Source: Acidimicrobiales bacterium (GTDB lineage: Bacteria; Actinomycetota; Acidimicrobiia; Acidimicrobiales; CATQHL01). From it: a stretch of DNA of 64,000 bases. Location: NCBI GenBank assembly GCA_965221525.1, contig CBDCSG010000008.1:852575-916574 (forward strand). The letters are read 5' to 3'. Within the stretch, counting starts at the first letter, position 1, and each line of letters begins with the position of its first letter. Shown here one piece after another: positions 47,199 to 57,389 of the stretch. A model generated the notes under the pieces. The model worked only from the letters and a program-made list of their open reading frames with translations. It made no database searches and was not told the origin of the DNA. The position numbers and the translations under genes are program-made.

Positions 47199-48287
47199 AT
47201 GAGTGAGCGCGACTACTACGACGTTCTGGGTGTGTCCCCGGCGGCAACCGCCGATGAGATCAAGCAGGCCTACCGGCGGCTGGCCCGCGAGTCCCACCCT
47301 GACCGCAACCCCGACGATCCGACCGCCGAGGAGCGGTTCAAGGCGCTGGCCGCGGCCTACGAGGTCCTCAGCGACCCCGAGAGGCGTGCCAACTACGACC
47401 GGTTCGGGACGGCGGAGGCGCCGTCGAACCCGTTCGACATCTTCTCGGCGTTCTTCGGGGATGCGGGTCTGTCGGGATTCGGCGGCCACAGCCGGTCCGC
47501 GGCCGCCACCGGTGCCGATGTGGAGACCGTCCTCGAAGTGGACCTCGCCGATGCCGTCTTCGGCGGCGCGCAGGATGTGACCGTGAATCTGGCGGTGCCC
47601 TGCGAGGACTGCGAGGCCACGGGTGCCGCGGCGGGCACCGACGCCGTGGGTTGCGTGGACTGTTCGGGGACCGGCCAGGTGCGCCAGGTCCGCCAGTCCG
47701 TGATCGGCCAACTGGTCACGGCCGGCCCGTGCCGCCGGTGCGCCGGACTCGGCCGGTACGTCGAGAGCCCCTGCCGGTCGTGTCGTGGCCAGGGGCGCAT
47801 CCGGGGAGAGCGCACCTACTCACTCGATGTGCCGCCCGGCGTGGACACGGGGACGGTGCTGCGGCTGTCGGGCCGAGGCGGCGTCGGGATGCGCGGCGGG
47901 CCTCACGGAGACCTCTACGTGCAGATCCGCGCCCGACCGCACCCCACCTTGGCGCGCCACGGCGACGACCTCCTGGCGCGCGTCGAGATCCCGATGACTC
48001 AGGCCGCCCTCGGCGGGAGGGTCACCCTGGAGACCCTCGACGGTCCCCAGGAACTGCGTATCGTGCCCGGCACGCAATCCGGGCAGACGATGGTGTGCCG
48101 CTACAAGGGTGTGCCGCGGGGGCGGGGCCGGGGTCGGGGCAACCTGCTCGTCGAGATCGCCGTGATGACACCCGAGAACCTCGACGGCGAGCAGACCGGG
48201 TTGCTGGCGGAGTTGGCGGAACGGCGCGGCGAGGAGATCGACTCCGGCGGTCTGCGCAGCCGGATCCGTTCCACGTTCGGCAACTGA
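47199..48287 (+). CDS. dnaJ: Chaperone DnaJ
   Basis: DYYDVLGV, HPD motif, four CxxCxGxG-type repeats, GDLYV. Confidence 0.96.
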   Translation: MSERDYYDVLGVSPAATADEIKQAYRRLARESHPDRNPDDPTAEERFKALAAAYEVLSDPERRANYDRFGTAEAPSNPFDIFSAFFGDAGLSGFGGHSRSAAATGADVETVLEVDLADAVFGGAQDVTVNLAVPCEDCEATGAAAGTDAVGCVDCSGTGQVRQVRQSVIGQLVTAGPCRRCAGLGRYVESPCRSCRGQGRIRGERTYSLDVPPGVDTGTVLRLSGRGGVGMRGGPHGDLYVQIRARPHPTLARHGDDLLARVEIPMTQAALGGRVTLETLDGPQELRIVPGTQSGQTMVCRYKGVPRGRGRGRGNLLVEIAVMTPENLDGEQTGLLAELAERRGEEIDSGGLRSRIRSTFGN

Positions 48288-48372
48288 GACGAGCGCCGCG
48301 GCGGCCGTTCCCGGGCGGCATCGTGCCGGCCGGATAGAACCGGGCGGTCCCCTCCGCCCGCCGACCGGCCGC

Positions 48373-49749
48373 TCAACCCGGCGGATCCCCCAGCGGCAGG
48401 TGCCAGGTCCCCCCGGCGTACTGCACGACCAGCTCGTTGCAGGCGCCCCGCGGGACGTCGGCCAGTTGCACCGGCGGCATCAGTTCGGCGACCAGCTCGC
48501 CGACGAGTGGTGCGTCCTCCGGCCAGCCGCCGAACAGGTAGACCCGGCCACCACTCTGCGCGAGGGCGACGGTTGCGATGCCGTCGCAGTCCCAGTCGCC
48601 GACCGCCACTTGGTCGCCGGCCTCGCCGACTGGGTAGCGGGCGCCGTCGACGAGAACCGATGCGGAATCGATGACGACCTCCTCGGCGCACCCGTCACCG
48701 GTGATGTCCCGGTAGCCGCGTGCCGGTGGCCGGCACGAGTCCGCGCCCGTGGTGATGCCGGTGGACGCCGGGCCGGCCGGCACGGCTGGGCCCGGGTCCG
48801 GTACGGCCGGAGGCGCCGCGGCACCGTCGAGCGTGCCGGCGGTCGCCGGCGCGAGGGGCGCGGCGCGATCGCCGTCGAGCCGCGTGACCATGAGAGCCCC
48901 GAGCGCGCAACCGGCGCACACCGCGACCGCGGCGATCACGGTCGCTCGCCGCGGGCGCCGGCGCCCTCGCTGCGCGCGCCGGAGAGTCACCCTGGGATCG
49001 CGCCCGCGCGCCTCGGGGCGACCGGCGAGGCGCCGGCGCGGTGCCCGGGGTCGAGCCATCGGGGACACTCGGAGGCGCTCCAGGATCTCTCCCGACCGGC
49101 GGAGCGGCAGCGGCTCGCCGCCGGTGCCGGTACCGGCGGGCTGCCGGTCGGAGGCACCGCCCTGAAGCGCCTGGATCTGGCCCGCCAGTGCCCTGGCGCT
49201 CGGGACACGCCCATCCGCGGCCGCCTGTGCCGCGGACCGCAGCCGTTCCCGGAGTCGCTGATCCTCCCGTCGCCGGCCCGTGCGCTGCGCCCGTTCCTCG
49301 ACGCCGTCGAGCACGCTTTGCAGCGTCGTACCGATAGCGGTGACATCGGCCGGCCGCGCATCGGCCGGATCGGTCCCCCCGCTCCGTCGTGCTCCGGAGA
49401 ACCCGCACAGGAGGGGCCGCCGCTGGGCGTCGATGATGACGTGCGCCGGCCGTATCGAACGATGGGTCACGCCCCGCGTATGCAGGTATTCGACGGCCTC
49501 GGCGAGTTCGACGAACACTCTGGCGAGTTCGTCGAGCCGGTTCGGTTGCCACGTCGCAAGTGTTTCCCGGCCGGCGTAGCGGGTCAGCAGGCGCGGTCCC
49601 TGCCCGCCCTCGGTGAGTGCCACGAAGCGGATGACCCCCGGATGGGCGAGGTCCTCCAGCAGGGCCGCCTCGCGCCTCAGTTCGTCAGGGGGGTGCCCAT
49701 CCTTGACAGCCACCAACTCGTTGTCGTGGAGATCCGATCGCAAGGCCAT
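48373..49749 (-). CDS. Membrane protein with degenerate Ser/Thr kinase-like domain and C-terminal GDWDCDG-containing domain
   Basis: VAVK, LRREAALL..LAHPGVIRF, YLHTRGVTHRSIRPAHV, LCGFS; TM helix; DITGDGC and VGDWDCDG in the C-terminus. Confidence 0.75.
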   Translation of the reverse strand: MALRSDLHDNELVAVKDGHPPDELRREAALLEDLAHPGVIRFVALTEGGQGPRLLTRYAGRETLATWQPNRLDELARVFVELAEAVEYLHTRGVTHRSIRPAHVIIDAQRRPLLCGFSGARRSGGTDPADARPADVTAIGTTLQSVLDGVEERAQRTGRRREDQRLRERLRSAAQAAADGRVPSARALAGQIQALQGGASDRQPAGTGTGGEPLPLRRSGEILERLRVSPMARPRAPRRRLAGRPEARGRDPRVTLRRAQRGRRRPRRATVIAAVAVCAGCALGALMVTRLDGDRAAPLAPATAGTLDGAAAPPAVPDPGPAVPAGPASTGITTGADSCRPPARGYRDITGDGCAEEVVIDSASVLVDGARYPVGEAGDQVAVGDWDCDGIATVALAQSGGRVYLFGGWPEDAPLVGELVAELMPPVQLADVPRGACNELVVQYAGGTWHLPLGDPPG

Positions 49750-49785
49750 CAGAATAGAAAGATAATGAAACAGATCGAAAGTTCC
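49750..49785 (-). promoter_or_regulatory. Candidate ECF-sigma promoter for the pseudokinase gene
   Basis: Minus strand reads GGAACTT-N16-TCTTT-CTATTCTG-ATG within an AT-rich patch. Confidence 0.5.
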
Positions 49786-49984
49786 ACACTGGGAGGGCGG
49801 CGAGCCGGCTCGCGGGCCTCGACCGAGCACCTGTGCCGCCCGGTCTGCGGTGACCGACGATGATTCGCCCGGACAGGATGCGCCGTTGCCCATATCCGGT
49901 GAGGCCGGCGCCGATGGCGCGGATCGAGCCCACGTCTAGGCTCGATCGCGCCAGGTTGATTGCCGACATGTCGAGGTAGGCAAC

Positions 49985-51124
49985 GTGCAGTCGTTTGACG
50001 CCGTCGTGATCGGCGGCGGAATCGCGGGGGTATCCGCCGCCTACTCGCTTGCGGCCCGGGGAGCCGACGTGGCGCTGGTCGAGCGGGAGGACTCGCTCAC
50101 GGCCCACAGCACCGGGCGTTCCGCTGCGCAATACATCGAGACGTACGGCGGCCCGGTCAACCAGGCTCTCACCGTCGCCTCGCGGGACTTCCTGGCCGGC
50201 GACGCCGATGGCCTCGCCGACGGTGCACTGTTGAGCCCGCGCCCCAGCCTGTGGGTGGGATCCGCCGGATCGCTCGACGACCTGGAGAATCTCCGCCGGA
50301 CGATGTCGCCGCTCTCGCCGGGGTTGGCATCGCTCGAACCCTCCGAGGTGCTGGAGCATTGCCCGGTGCTGGATCCGACGTGGCTCGCGGGGGGAGTCCT
50401 GGAGCCCGACAGCTACGACATCGACGTGGCAGGGCTCCACCAGGCCTTCCTGCGCGGCGCCCGGCGCGGCGGCGCAGCCGTCGAGCGCTCGAGCGCCGTG
50501 ATCGGCCTCGAGCGGGTGCGCGAGCGCTGGGAGGTGCAGACCACCGCCGGATTGTTCGTCGCTCCGGTGGTGGTCAACGCCGCGGGAGCGTGGGTTGATG
50601 AGGTCGCCCAACTGGCCGGTGTGGGGGCGCTGGGCCTCAGACCCCTGCGCCGCACGATCTTCACCTTCGCCGCACCGGACGATCTTCCCACCGAGGAGGT
50701 GTGGCGGTGGCCGCTGGTGGCCGACATCGGCGGCGACTTCTATTTCAAGCCCGAGGGCCCGTCGCAGCTGTTGGGCTCCCCGGCTGACGAGACGCCGGAC
50801 GTACCCCGCGATGCCCGGGCCGCCGAACTCGACGTGGCGCGGGGGATCGACGCCGTCAACGCCGCCACCACGCTCGGTGTGCGCGCCGTCCGCTCGGTGT
50901 GGGCGGGCCTGCGCACCTTCGCGCCCGACCGCCACCCGGTCGTGGGTTTCGACGAGTCGACGGAGGGGTTCGTGTGGTGCGCCGGGCAGGGAGGAACCGG
51001 CATCCAGACGTCCCCGGCCATGGGCGAGGTGGTCGCCTCGGTGGTCTGCGGGACACCACCGCCGGAGCCTCTTGCCGGTCTGATCGAGGATCTCGACCCG
51101 CAGCGATTGCGGACGGGCGCCTGA
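49985..51124 (+). CDS. FAD-dependent oxidoreductase (DAO/glycine oxidase family)
   Basis: VIGGGIAGVS, HSTGRSAA, NAAGAW, WAGLRTFAPD, GQGGTGIQTSP. Confidence 0.92.
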   Translation: MQSFDAVVIGGGIAGVSAAYSLAARGADVALVEREDSLTAHSTGRSAAQYIETYGGPVNQALTVASRDFLAGDADGLADGALLSPRPSLWVGSAGSLDDLENLRRTMSPLSPGLASLEPSEVLEHCPVLDPTWLAGGVLEPDSYDIDVAGLHQAFLRGARRGGAAVERSSAVIGLERVRERWEVQTTAGLFVAPVVVNAAGAWVDEVAQLAGVGALGLRPLRRTIFTFAAPDDLPTEEVWRWPLVADIGGDFYFKPEGPSQLLGSPADETPDVPRDARAAELDVARGIDAVNAATTLGVRAVRSVWAGLRTFAPDRHPVVGFDESTEGFVWCAGQGGTGIQTSPAMGEVVASVVCGTPPPEPLAGLIEDLDPQRLRTGA

Positions 51125-51285
51125 CCGCCCACCTGCGTCGCCGTGGCGCCCTGCGTCGCAGTCCGTCGCTTTGCCCGACCCTTCTCACAGCGGGGCGCGC
51201 GGTCTCGTGCGATGTAGTAGCGCGTACCCTGTCGGAGATGCCCGTGGTGGGCATCGCATGGACTCTGACGTGCTCGAGGTGGGCG

Positions 51286-54200
51286 ATGAAACGGATTCTG
51301 GTGGTCTCGCTGGCGACGATCGCTTTGGTTGCCGGTGCGTGCGGAGCCGACGATCCCGACGCGCCTCCGCCGGCCACGACCGAGGCTCCCGCACCTGAGC
51401 CTTCAGGTGACTCACCCGGCGAGCCGGCGCCCCAACCCGCCGAAGGCCCACCGTCACCGCCAGAGCCCCCCGCAGACCCCCCGCCACCGCCGGAACCTCC
51501 CGAAGATCCACCACCACCGCCGGAGGAGCCGGCTGAGGAGCCGGCCGAGGAGCCCGTCGAGGAGCCGGCCGAGGAGTCCGTTGAGGAGCCGGCCGAGGAG
51601 TCCGTTGAGGAGCCGGCCGAGGAGTCCGTTGAGGAGCCGGCCGAGGAGACCGCAGACGAGGTTGCTGACGATGAGCCGCCGGCCGCCGACGACGCGCCAC
51701 TGCCCGTGGATCCGGAAGTGCACATCGGCACGCTCGACAACGGGCTCACCTACTACCTCCGGAACAACGAGGAGCCGGGAAGCAACCTGTCGCTGCGCCT
51801 GGCGGTGAACGCCGGGTCCGTGAACGAGCCCGCTCGGGACCTTGGCATCGCCCACTTCCTCGAGCACATGATGTTCAACGGCACCGAGGAATACCCCCGG
51901 AATGAGATCCTGGATGTGCTGCGGGGCCTCGGCGTGGAGTTCGGCCCGGACATCAACGCCTACACCGCCTACGACGAGACGGTCTACATGCTTGACGTGG
52001 TCACCACCCAGGACGGTGCCGTGGAGACCGCATTCGGTGTCCTGGCCCAGTGGGCCCATGCGGCCACCATCGCCGAGACCGACGTCATCGAGGAGCGCGG
52101 CGTCGTCCGCGACGAGTTGCGGCTGCGCTACGAGACCGGCTCGGGCATCATCAACCGGATCTTCGATCAGGCCTACACCGAGGGCACCCCCTACGAGGGC
52201 TACCACCCCATCGGCACCGCCGAGGTCATCGAGTCCATGAGTCCCGAGATGCTGCGGGACTTCTACGAGCGGTGGTACGTGCCGTCCAACATGGCCCTGA
52301 TCGCCGTCGGCGACATGCCCGTCGACGAGTTGGCGGCGCTCACCGAGGAGTACTTCGGCGACATCCCGGCCGGCGAGGCACCGCCGGACCCCGACACCTT
52401 CTCGCCGATCAGCGACGAGCCGGTCTACCTCATCGCCACCTCGCCGAGCTGGAGCTACTCATACATGTCGCTGGACCTGAAGATCCCCACGTGGGAGGGT
52501 GGGACCGCCGACGGGGAACGCGCCCGGCTGCTGGAGACCCTCCTCGCCCACATGCTGGACGCCCGCCTGAAGGACGCCTACGAGCAGGGCTTCCTGTCGC
52601 AGCTGGACCCGGCCAAGTGGGATCCGTTCAACTACACCGACGGCATCCGCTTCTACGGCACGAACCTGCGCGCCGATGACCTGGCCACCGCCCTCGGCGA
52701 CTACTGGTCGATGGTGCTGAGCCTGGAGGCCGAGGGATTCAGCGCCGAGGACCTCGAACTGGCCGCGGACGTGGTGCGCAGCGACCTGCAGTTCGAATTG
52801 GACAGCGTCGGGACCATGCAGGACGACGAGTGGGCCGGCTTGTACGCGGCGCACTTCCTGGCCGGCGCCGACATCGGCACGGTGACCGAACGCCTGGCGC
52901 GGGTCGAGGCCCTGCTCGCCGAGATACGGGCCGAGGACCTCACCGAGTACTTCCGCTCGCTGATGAGCGCCGCCGCCCCGATCGTCATCGCGGTCGGGTC
53001 CGACCCCTCCGAGGTGCCCACCGTCGAGGAGATACGCGCCGCCGTCGAGGGCGCCGCGCCGGGACCGGTGCCCGAGCGGACCACCCAGATCAGTGCGCTC
53101 ATGGAGGCCCCCGCGCCGGTCGATCCGGTCTCGGAGGGCCCGGTTGAGGCCATCGAGGACGCCTACGAGTGGACATTCGCGAACGGCGCCACCGTGGTGT
53201 TCGTGCCGACCGACATCGCCGAGGCGCAGGTGGACCTCCGGGCGGTCTCCCAGGGCGGCTGGTCGGCCATGGAGCCCGGCGACCGGGTCCTGGCCGGCAG
53301 GCTGGCCACCCGGGCGGTCGGCAACAGCGGCCTCGGCGGCCTTGGTCCGTCGCAGGTGCAGCGCCTGCTCGAGGAGCGGAACGTCGCGGTGGTGTCCTTC
53401 ATCGGCGAGACCACGGAGGGCTTCAGCGGCTCGGCAGCGGCGGACAGCGTCGAGACGATGTTCCAGATGCTGCACCTCCTGGTGACCGCCCCCCAAGTGG
53501 ACGACCAGGCCTTCGCCGAGGCGTTCCAGGTGGGCGAGATCCTGCTCCAGTTCGCGGAATCCAACCCCGACTGGATGACGTGGATCGCCTCCATCGAGGC
53601 CCGCCACCCCGACGCCTTCGAGTGGTTCAACCCGATCGCCTCGCCGGAGGCGCTCACCGCCCTCACGCCCGAGTCGCTTCTGGACCGCTACCTGGCGCGC
53701 CTCGGCGATGTGGACGATCTACTCGTGGCCGTGGCGGGCGACATCGACCGGGAGACCGTGGCTGAGATGGCGCGCCGCTACGTCGGCACGCTTCCCGCCG
53801 GCGAGGCCGACACGTTCGTGAACCGCCGATCGGCCGAGCCGGCCGGCGTGGTGCGCCGCGACGTGGTGCTGCCGCCCGACACCCAGAGCACCGGAGTGGA
53901 GATCCACTTCGAAGCACCCCGCGCCGAGTTGACCGTGGCGCTGGACGTGACCATGGCGGCGCTCAACTCGATCCTGAACGCCCGCCTGGACGCCCAGGTC
54001 CGCGAGGACATCGGCGCCACCTACAGCGCCTCGAGCCGGGTGTCGGCGATCCTGGCCCCCGAGCCCGGGGTCAGCGGGCGGGTCGTGACGTCGGGCGACC
54101 CGCAGTACATCGACCAGATCCAGGTCACGATCTTCGAGATCCTCGCCGACCTGGCGTCCAACGGGCCGACCCTCGACGAGTGGGCGGAGGCGCTGGCGGT

Positions 54201-54405
54201 GCTGAACTCCGAGTACACCCATGAGGGCAACTCGGACTACCTGAACGCCATCCTCCGGCGTGCCTACGCCCCCGACACCGAACTGCCCACGAGGAAGCGG
54301 CTGTTCGAGGAGGTCGCCAACCTGGAGATCGGCGACGTGCAGGCCCTTGCAGCCGCCCTCTTCGACGTCGAGCAGCACATCGACATCGTCACCGTCCTGG
54401 GCTGA
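51286..54405 (+). CDS. M16 family zinc metallopeptidase (PqqL-like) lipoprotein
   Basis: Lipobox VAGAC, Pro/Glu linker, GTLDNGLTYY, inverted zincin HFLEH, NAYTAYDETVY, ERGVV. Confidence 0.92.
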   Translation: MKRILVVSLATIALVAGACGADDPDAPPPATTEAPAPEPSGDSPGEPAPQPAEGPPSPPEPPADPPPPPEPPEDPPPPPEEPAEEPAEEPVEEPAEESVEEPAEESVEEPAEESVEEPAEETADEVADDEPPAADDAPLPVDPEVHIGTLDNGLTYYLRNNEEPGSNLSLRLAVNAGSVNEPARDLGIAHFLEHMMFNGTEEYPRNEILDVLRGLGVEFGPDINAYTAYDETVYMLDVVTTQDGAVETAFGVLAQWAHAATIAETDVIEERGVVRDELRLRYETGSGIINRIFDQAYTEGTPYEGYHPIGTAEVIESMSPEMLRDFYERWYVPSNMALIAVGDMPVDELAALTEEYFGDIPAGEAPPDPDTFSPISDEPVYLIATSPSWSYSYMSLDLKIPTWEGGTADGERARLLETLLAHMLDARLKDAYEQGFLSQLDPAKWDPFNYTDGIRFYGTNLRADDLATALGDYWSMVLSLEAEGFSAEDLELAADVVRSDLQFELDSVGTMQDDEWAGLYAAHFLAGADIGTVTERLARVEALLAEIRAEDLTEYFRSLMSAAAPIVIAVGSDPSEVPTVEEIRAAVEGAAPGPVPERTTQISALMEAPAPVDPVSEGPVEAIEDAYEWTFANGATVVFVPTDIAEAQVDLRAVSQGGWSAMEPGDRVLAGRLATRAVGNSGLGGLGPSQVQRLLEERNVAVVSFIGETTEGFSGSAAADSVETMFQMLHLLVTAPQVDDQAFAEAFQVGEILLQFAESNPDWMTWIASIEARHPDAFEWFNPIASPEALTALTPESLLDRYLARLGDVDDLLVAVAGDIDRETVAEMARRYVGTLPAGEADTFVNRRSAEPAGVVRRDVVLPPDTQSTGVEIHFEAPRAELTVALDVTMAALNSILNARLDAQVREDIGATYSASSRVSAILAPEPGVSGRVVTSGDPQYIDQIQVTIFEILADLASNGPTLDEWAEALAVLNSEYTHEGNSDYLNAILRRAYAPDTELPTRKRLFEEVANLEIGDVQALAAALFDVEQHIDIVTVLG
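51523..51654 (+). repeat. 12/24-bp coding repeats (EEPA/EESV) in the peptidase linker
   Basis: GAGGAGCCGGCCGAGGAGTCCGTT repeated three times within a longer 12-bp periodic tract. Confidence 0.9.
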
Positions 54406-54415
54406 GAGCCTCAAC

Positions 54416-54449
54416 CGGTCCCGCCGCGGTTCAGGCCGCGGCGGGACCG
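54416..54449. terminator. Hairpin between convergent peptidase and citrate synthase genes
   Basis: CGGTCCCGCCGCGG-TTCAGG-CCGCGGCGGGACCG, perfect 14-bp stem. Confidence 0.75.
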
Positions 54450-54458
54450 AGACGGTCC

Positions 54459-55730
54459 TCAGGCGCGCTCTTCGAGAGGCGTGTAGGCGCGCTCGGGGTG
54501 GCCCGTGTAGAGCTGGCGGGGGCGGGCGATGCGCGAGTCCTTCTCCATCAGTTCGCTCCAGTGCGCCAGCCACCCGGACGTGCGCGGGATGGCGAACAGC
54601 ACCGTGAACATGTTCGTCGGGAAACTGAGCGCCTGATAGATCAGCCCCGAGTAGAAGTCCACGTTCGGGTAGAGCCTCCGGCTGATGAAGTACTCGTCGG
54701 CCAGCGCGACCTCCTCCAGCTTCAAGGCGATGTCCAGGAGCGGGCTGCTGCCCGTCAACTGGAAGACCTCGTCGGCGGCCTCCTTGATGATCTTCGCCCG
54801 CGGGTCGTAGTTCTTGTAGACCCTGTGCCCGAAGCCCATGAGCCGGTGCTTCCCGGCCTTGACGTCGGCGATGAAGGGGTCCACGTTGTCATAGGTGCCG
54901 ATATCCCGGAGCATGGCCAGGACGGCCTCGTTGGCCCCGCCGTGGCGCGGGCCGTAGAGGGCGGCGCAGGCGGCGGCGACGACAGAGTAGGGATCGGCGT
55001 GCGAGCTGCCGACGACCCGGGCCGTGGTTGTGGAGCAGTTCTGGCTGTGATCGGCGTGCAGGATGAAGAGGATCTCCAGTGCCCGGCGCACCGACGGGTG
55101 GCAGTGGTAGCGAGGCTCGGCGACGCGGAACATCATCGACAGGAAGTTGGAGGTGAAGTCCAGGTCGTTGTCGGGGTAGACGAACGGCATGCCGATGGAG
55201 AAGCGGTGGGCGGCGGCCGCCATGGTCGGAACCTTGGCGATGAGCCGCACGATCTGCCGCATGCGCACCTCGGGGTCCTCGACCTCCTTGGCCTCGGGGT
55301 AGAACGTCGAGAGTGCCGCCAGGGAGGAGACGAGCACGCCCATGGGGTGCGCGTTGTAGCGGAACGATTCCATGAAATGCTTGCGGAAGTTCTCGTGGAT
55401 GTAGGTGTGGAGGGTGATCTCCTCCTCCCACGCATCGAACTGGGCGACGCTCGGCAACTCCCCGTGCAGGAGCAGGTATGCCACCTCCAGGTACGTGGAA
55501 TGTTCCGCGAGCTGCTCGATCGGGTATCCCCGGTAGCGCAGGATCCCATCGCTCCCCACGATCTGGGTGACCGAACTCTCGCCGACGGCGGTGTGGCTGA
55601 AGGCGTCATCGGCAAACCAGATGTTGCCGAGGAGCTTCGCCCAGCCGCTGGAATCCACGCCGCCGTTGAGGATCGGGATCTCGATGGACTCGCCGGTGCG
55701 GTTGTCGGTGATCGTGATGGACTCTGTCAA
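54459..55730 (-). CDS. gltA: Citrate synthase (type II)
   Basis: GILRYRGYPIEQL, LHADHSQNCST, HGGANE, LMGFGHRVYKNYDPR, YPNVDFYSG, RPRQLY. Confidence 0.96.
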   Translation of the reverse strand: MTESITITDNRTGESIEIPILNGGVDSSGWAKLLGNIWFADDAFSHTAVGESSVTQIVGSDGILRYRGYPIEQLAEHSTYLEVAYLLLHGELPSVAQFDAWEEEITLHTYIHENFRKHFMESFRYNAHPMGVLVSSLAALSTFYPEAKEVEDPEVRMRQIVRLIAKVPTMAAAAHRFSIGMPFVYPDNDLDFTSNFLSMMFRVAEPRYHCHPSVRRALEILFILHADHSQNCSTTTARVVGSSHADPYSVVAAACAALYGPRHGGANEAVLAMLRDIGTYDNVDPFIADVKAGKHRLMGFGHRVYKNYDPRAKIIKEAADEVFQLTGSSPLLDIALKLEEVALADEYFISRRLYPNVDFYSGLIYQALSFPTNMFTVLFAIPRTSGWLAHWSELMEKDSRIARPRQLYTGHPERAYTPLEERA

Positions 55731-55915
55731 GACCCGCCTGCCTTTCCCGTTGTGCGGTCAGGCGCCCTGCGTCGCTCGGCCCCGGTGTCGAGCGCACCTG
55801 CATGTCCCCCGTCAGCACGTGCGTCACCGGCCTCGCACGGCTCACTTGGGAGCGTCCGAACCCATGCGATGATACCGGGGTTCGGCCGGTTGGGTTGAAC
55901 CCGCAGGTCGAAGGC

Positions 55916-57265
55916 CTAGAGCGGCGTGTTCCCGTGCCGGTTCAGGGGTAGGTCCTCGCGCTTGGTGGAGAGCAGAGCGAGGGCGTCGGCAACCTCGCGG
56001 CGGGTTTCGGCCGGGTCGATCACAGCGTCCACCGAGCCGCGCTCGGCGGCGCGGTACGGGTTGAGCAACCGCTCGGCGTAGTCCTCCTCCAGATCCTCCC
56101 GTTCTGACTCGGTCGCGTTGCGGTGCAGGATCTCGACGGCGCCCTTGGCGCCCATGACGGCGATCTCCGCGCTCGGCCAGGCGAAGGCCATGTCGTTGCC
56201 CATGTACCGGGAGTCCATGACGATGTACGCCCCTCCGTAGGACTTGCGCAGCGTCACGCACACCCGGGGCACCGTCGCGGCCGCGTAGGCGTATGCCATC
56301 TGGGCGCCGTGACGGATCATCCCTCTCCACTCGAGATCCTTGCCAGGTTGGAAACCGGGGGTGTCGACGAACGTCACGATGGGAAGGTTGAAGGCGTCGC
56401 AGAACGACACGAACCGCCCACCCTTCTGGGAGGCGGCGATGTTGAGCGTGCCGGCGAGGTGCTGCGGCTGGTTCGCCACCATCCCGAGGGCGACGCCGTC
56501 GATCGTGGCGAGGGCGGTCACGAGATTGGGCGCCCACCCGGCACGCAATTCGATCAGGGTGCCGTCGTCGGCCACCGCCTCCAGGACCGAACGGACGTCG
56601 TAGCCGCCGGTGGTGGAGGTCGGGAGGATGTCGGCGAGTTCAGGGCAGTGCCGGTCGGGGGGATCGGAGGTCGGGAGGCGTTCGGCGATCTCGTCGGTGT
56701 GCCGGGGGAGCAAACGCAACAACTCCCCGACGGCCGTACGGGCCGCGCCGGCGTCCGCCACGACGAGGGAGGCGACCCCGCTGCGGGTTGCGTGGATTGC
56801 GGATCCACCGAGGTCATCCGCCGCCACGGGCACCCCCGTGAACTGCTCCACCATGGCCGGCCCGCTGACGAAGGCATAGCCGTCGTTCACCATGACGACC
56901 AGGTCGGCAACCCCCAGCAGGAGTGCCGGCCCCGACAGCAGGGGACCGGTCACGCAGAGGATGATGGGCACCACTCCCGAGACCGAGACCAGGGCGCGCG
57001 CCGCGATTCCCCACCCGTGCACGGAGGTGATGCCCCCCGATACGTCGGGCCCCGTTGCGGCGACGAATCCGACGATCGGCAGCCGCTTCTCGAGGGCCGT
57101 CTCGACGGCGGCCTCGACCAACTCACCGACGTCGAGCGTGATGGCTCGATTGGACTCGTCGGCTCCGAGTTGCACCACGACCGCCGGTCGGCCACCAATC
57201 GTGTCGACCGCGGCCGAGACATGCGTGCGGGCACGGGCGCGGGCGCGCAGATCGACCGGTGGCAT
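55916..57265 (-). CDS. Acyl-CoA carboxylase carboxyltransferase (beta) subunit
   Basis: SGVVPII, VANQP..AGTL, FCDAFNLPIVTFVDTPGFQPG, RKSYGGAYIVM, AEIAVMG; start uncertain. Confidence 0.9.
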   Translation of the reverse strand: MPPVDLRARARARTHVSAAVDTIGGRPAVVVQLGADESNRAITLDVGELVEAAVETALEKRLPIVGFVAATGPDVSGGITSVHGWGIAARALVSVSGVVPIILCVTGPLLSGPALLLGVADLVVMVNDGYAFVSGPAMVEQFTGVPVAADDLGGSAIHATRSGVASLVVADAGAARTAVGELLRLLPRHTDEIAERLPTSDPPDRHCPELADILPTSTTGGYDVRSVLEAVADDGTLIELRAGWAPNLVTALATIDGVALGMVANQPQHLAGTLNIAASQKGGRFVSFCDAFNLPIVTFVDTPGFQPGKDLEWRGMIRHGAQMAYAYAAATVPRVCVTLRKSYGGAYIVMDSRYMGNDMAFAWPSAEIAVMGAKGAVEILHRNATESEREDLEEDYAERLLNPYRAAERGSVDAVIDPAETRREVADALALLSTKREDLPLNRHGNTPL

Positions 57266-57389
57266 AAGGCTCGTGCCGAGACTACCGGACGCCGGTCCCC
57301 GTCCCCGGTGTGGCGTGACCGGCGGGACGGTTCCGGGGTACCTACAGTGTGGGGCCGGCAGCGGAACGACCGGGGCGGTAGTCGAGGCA

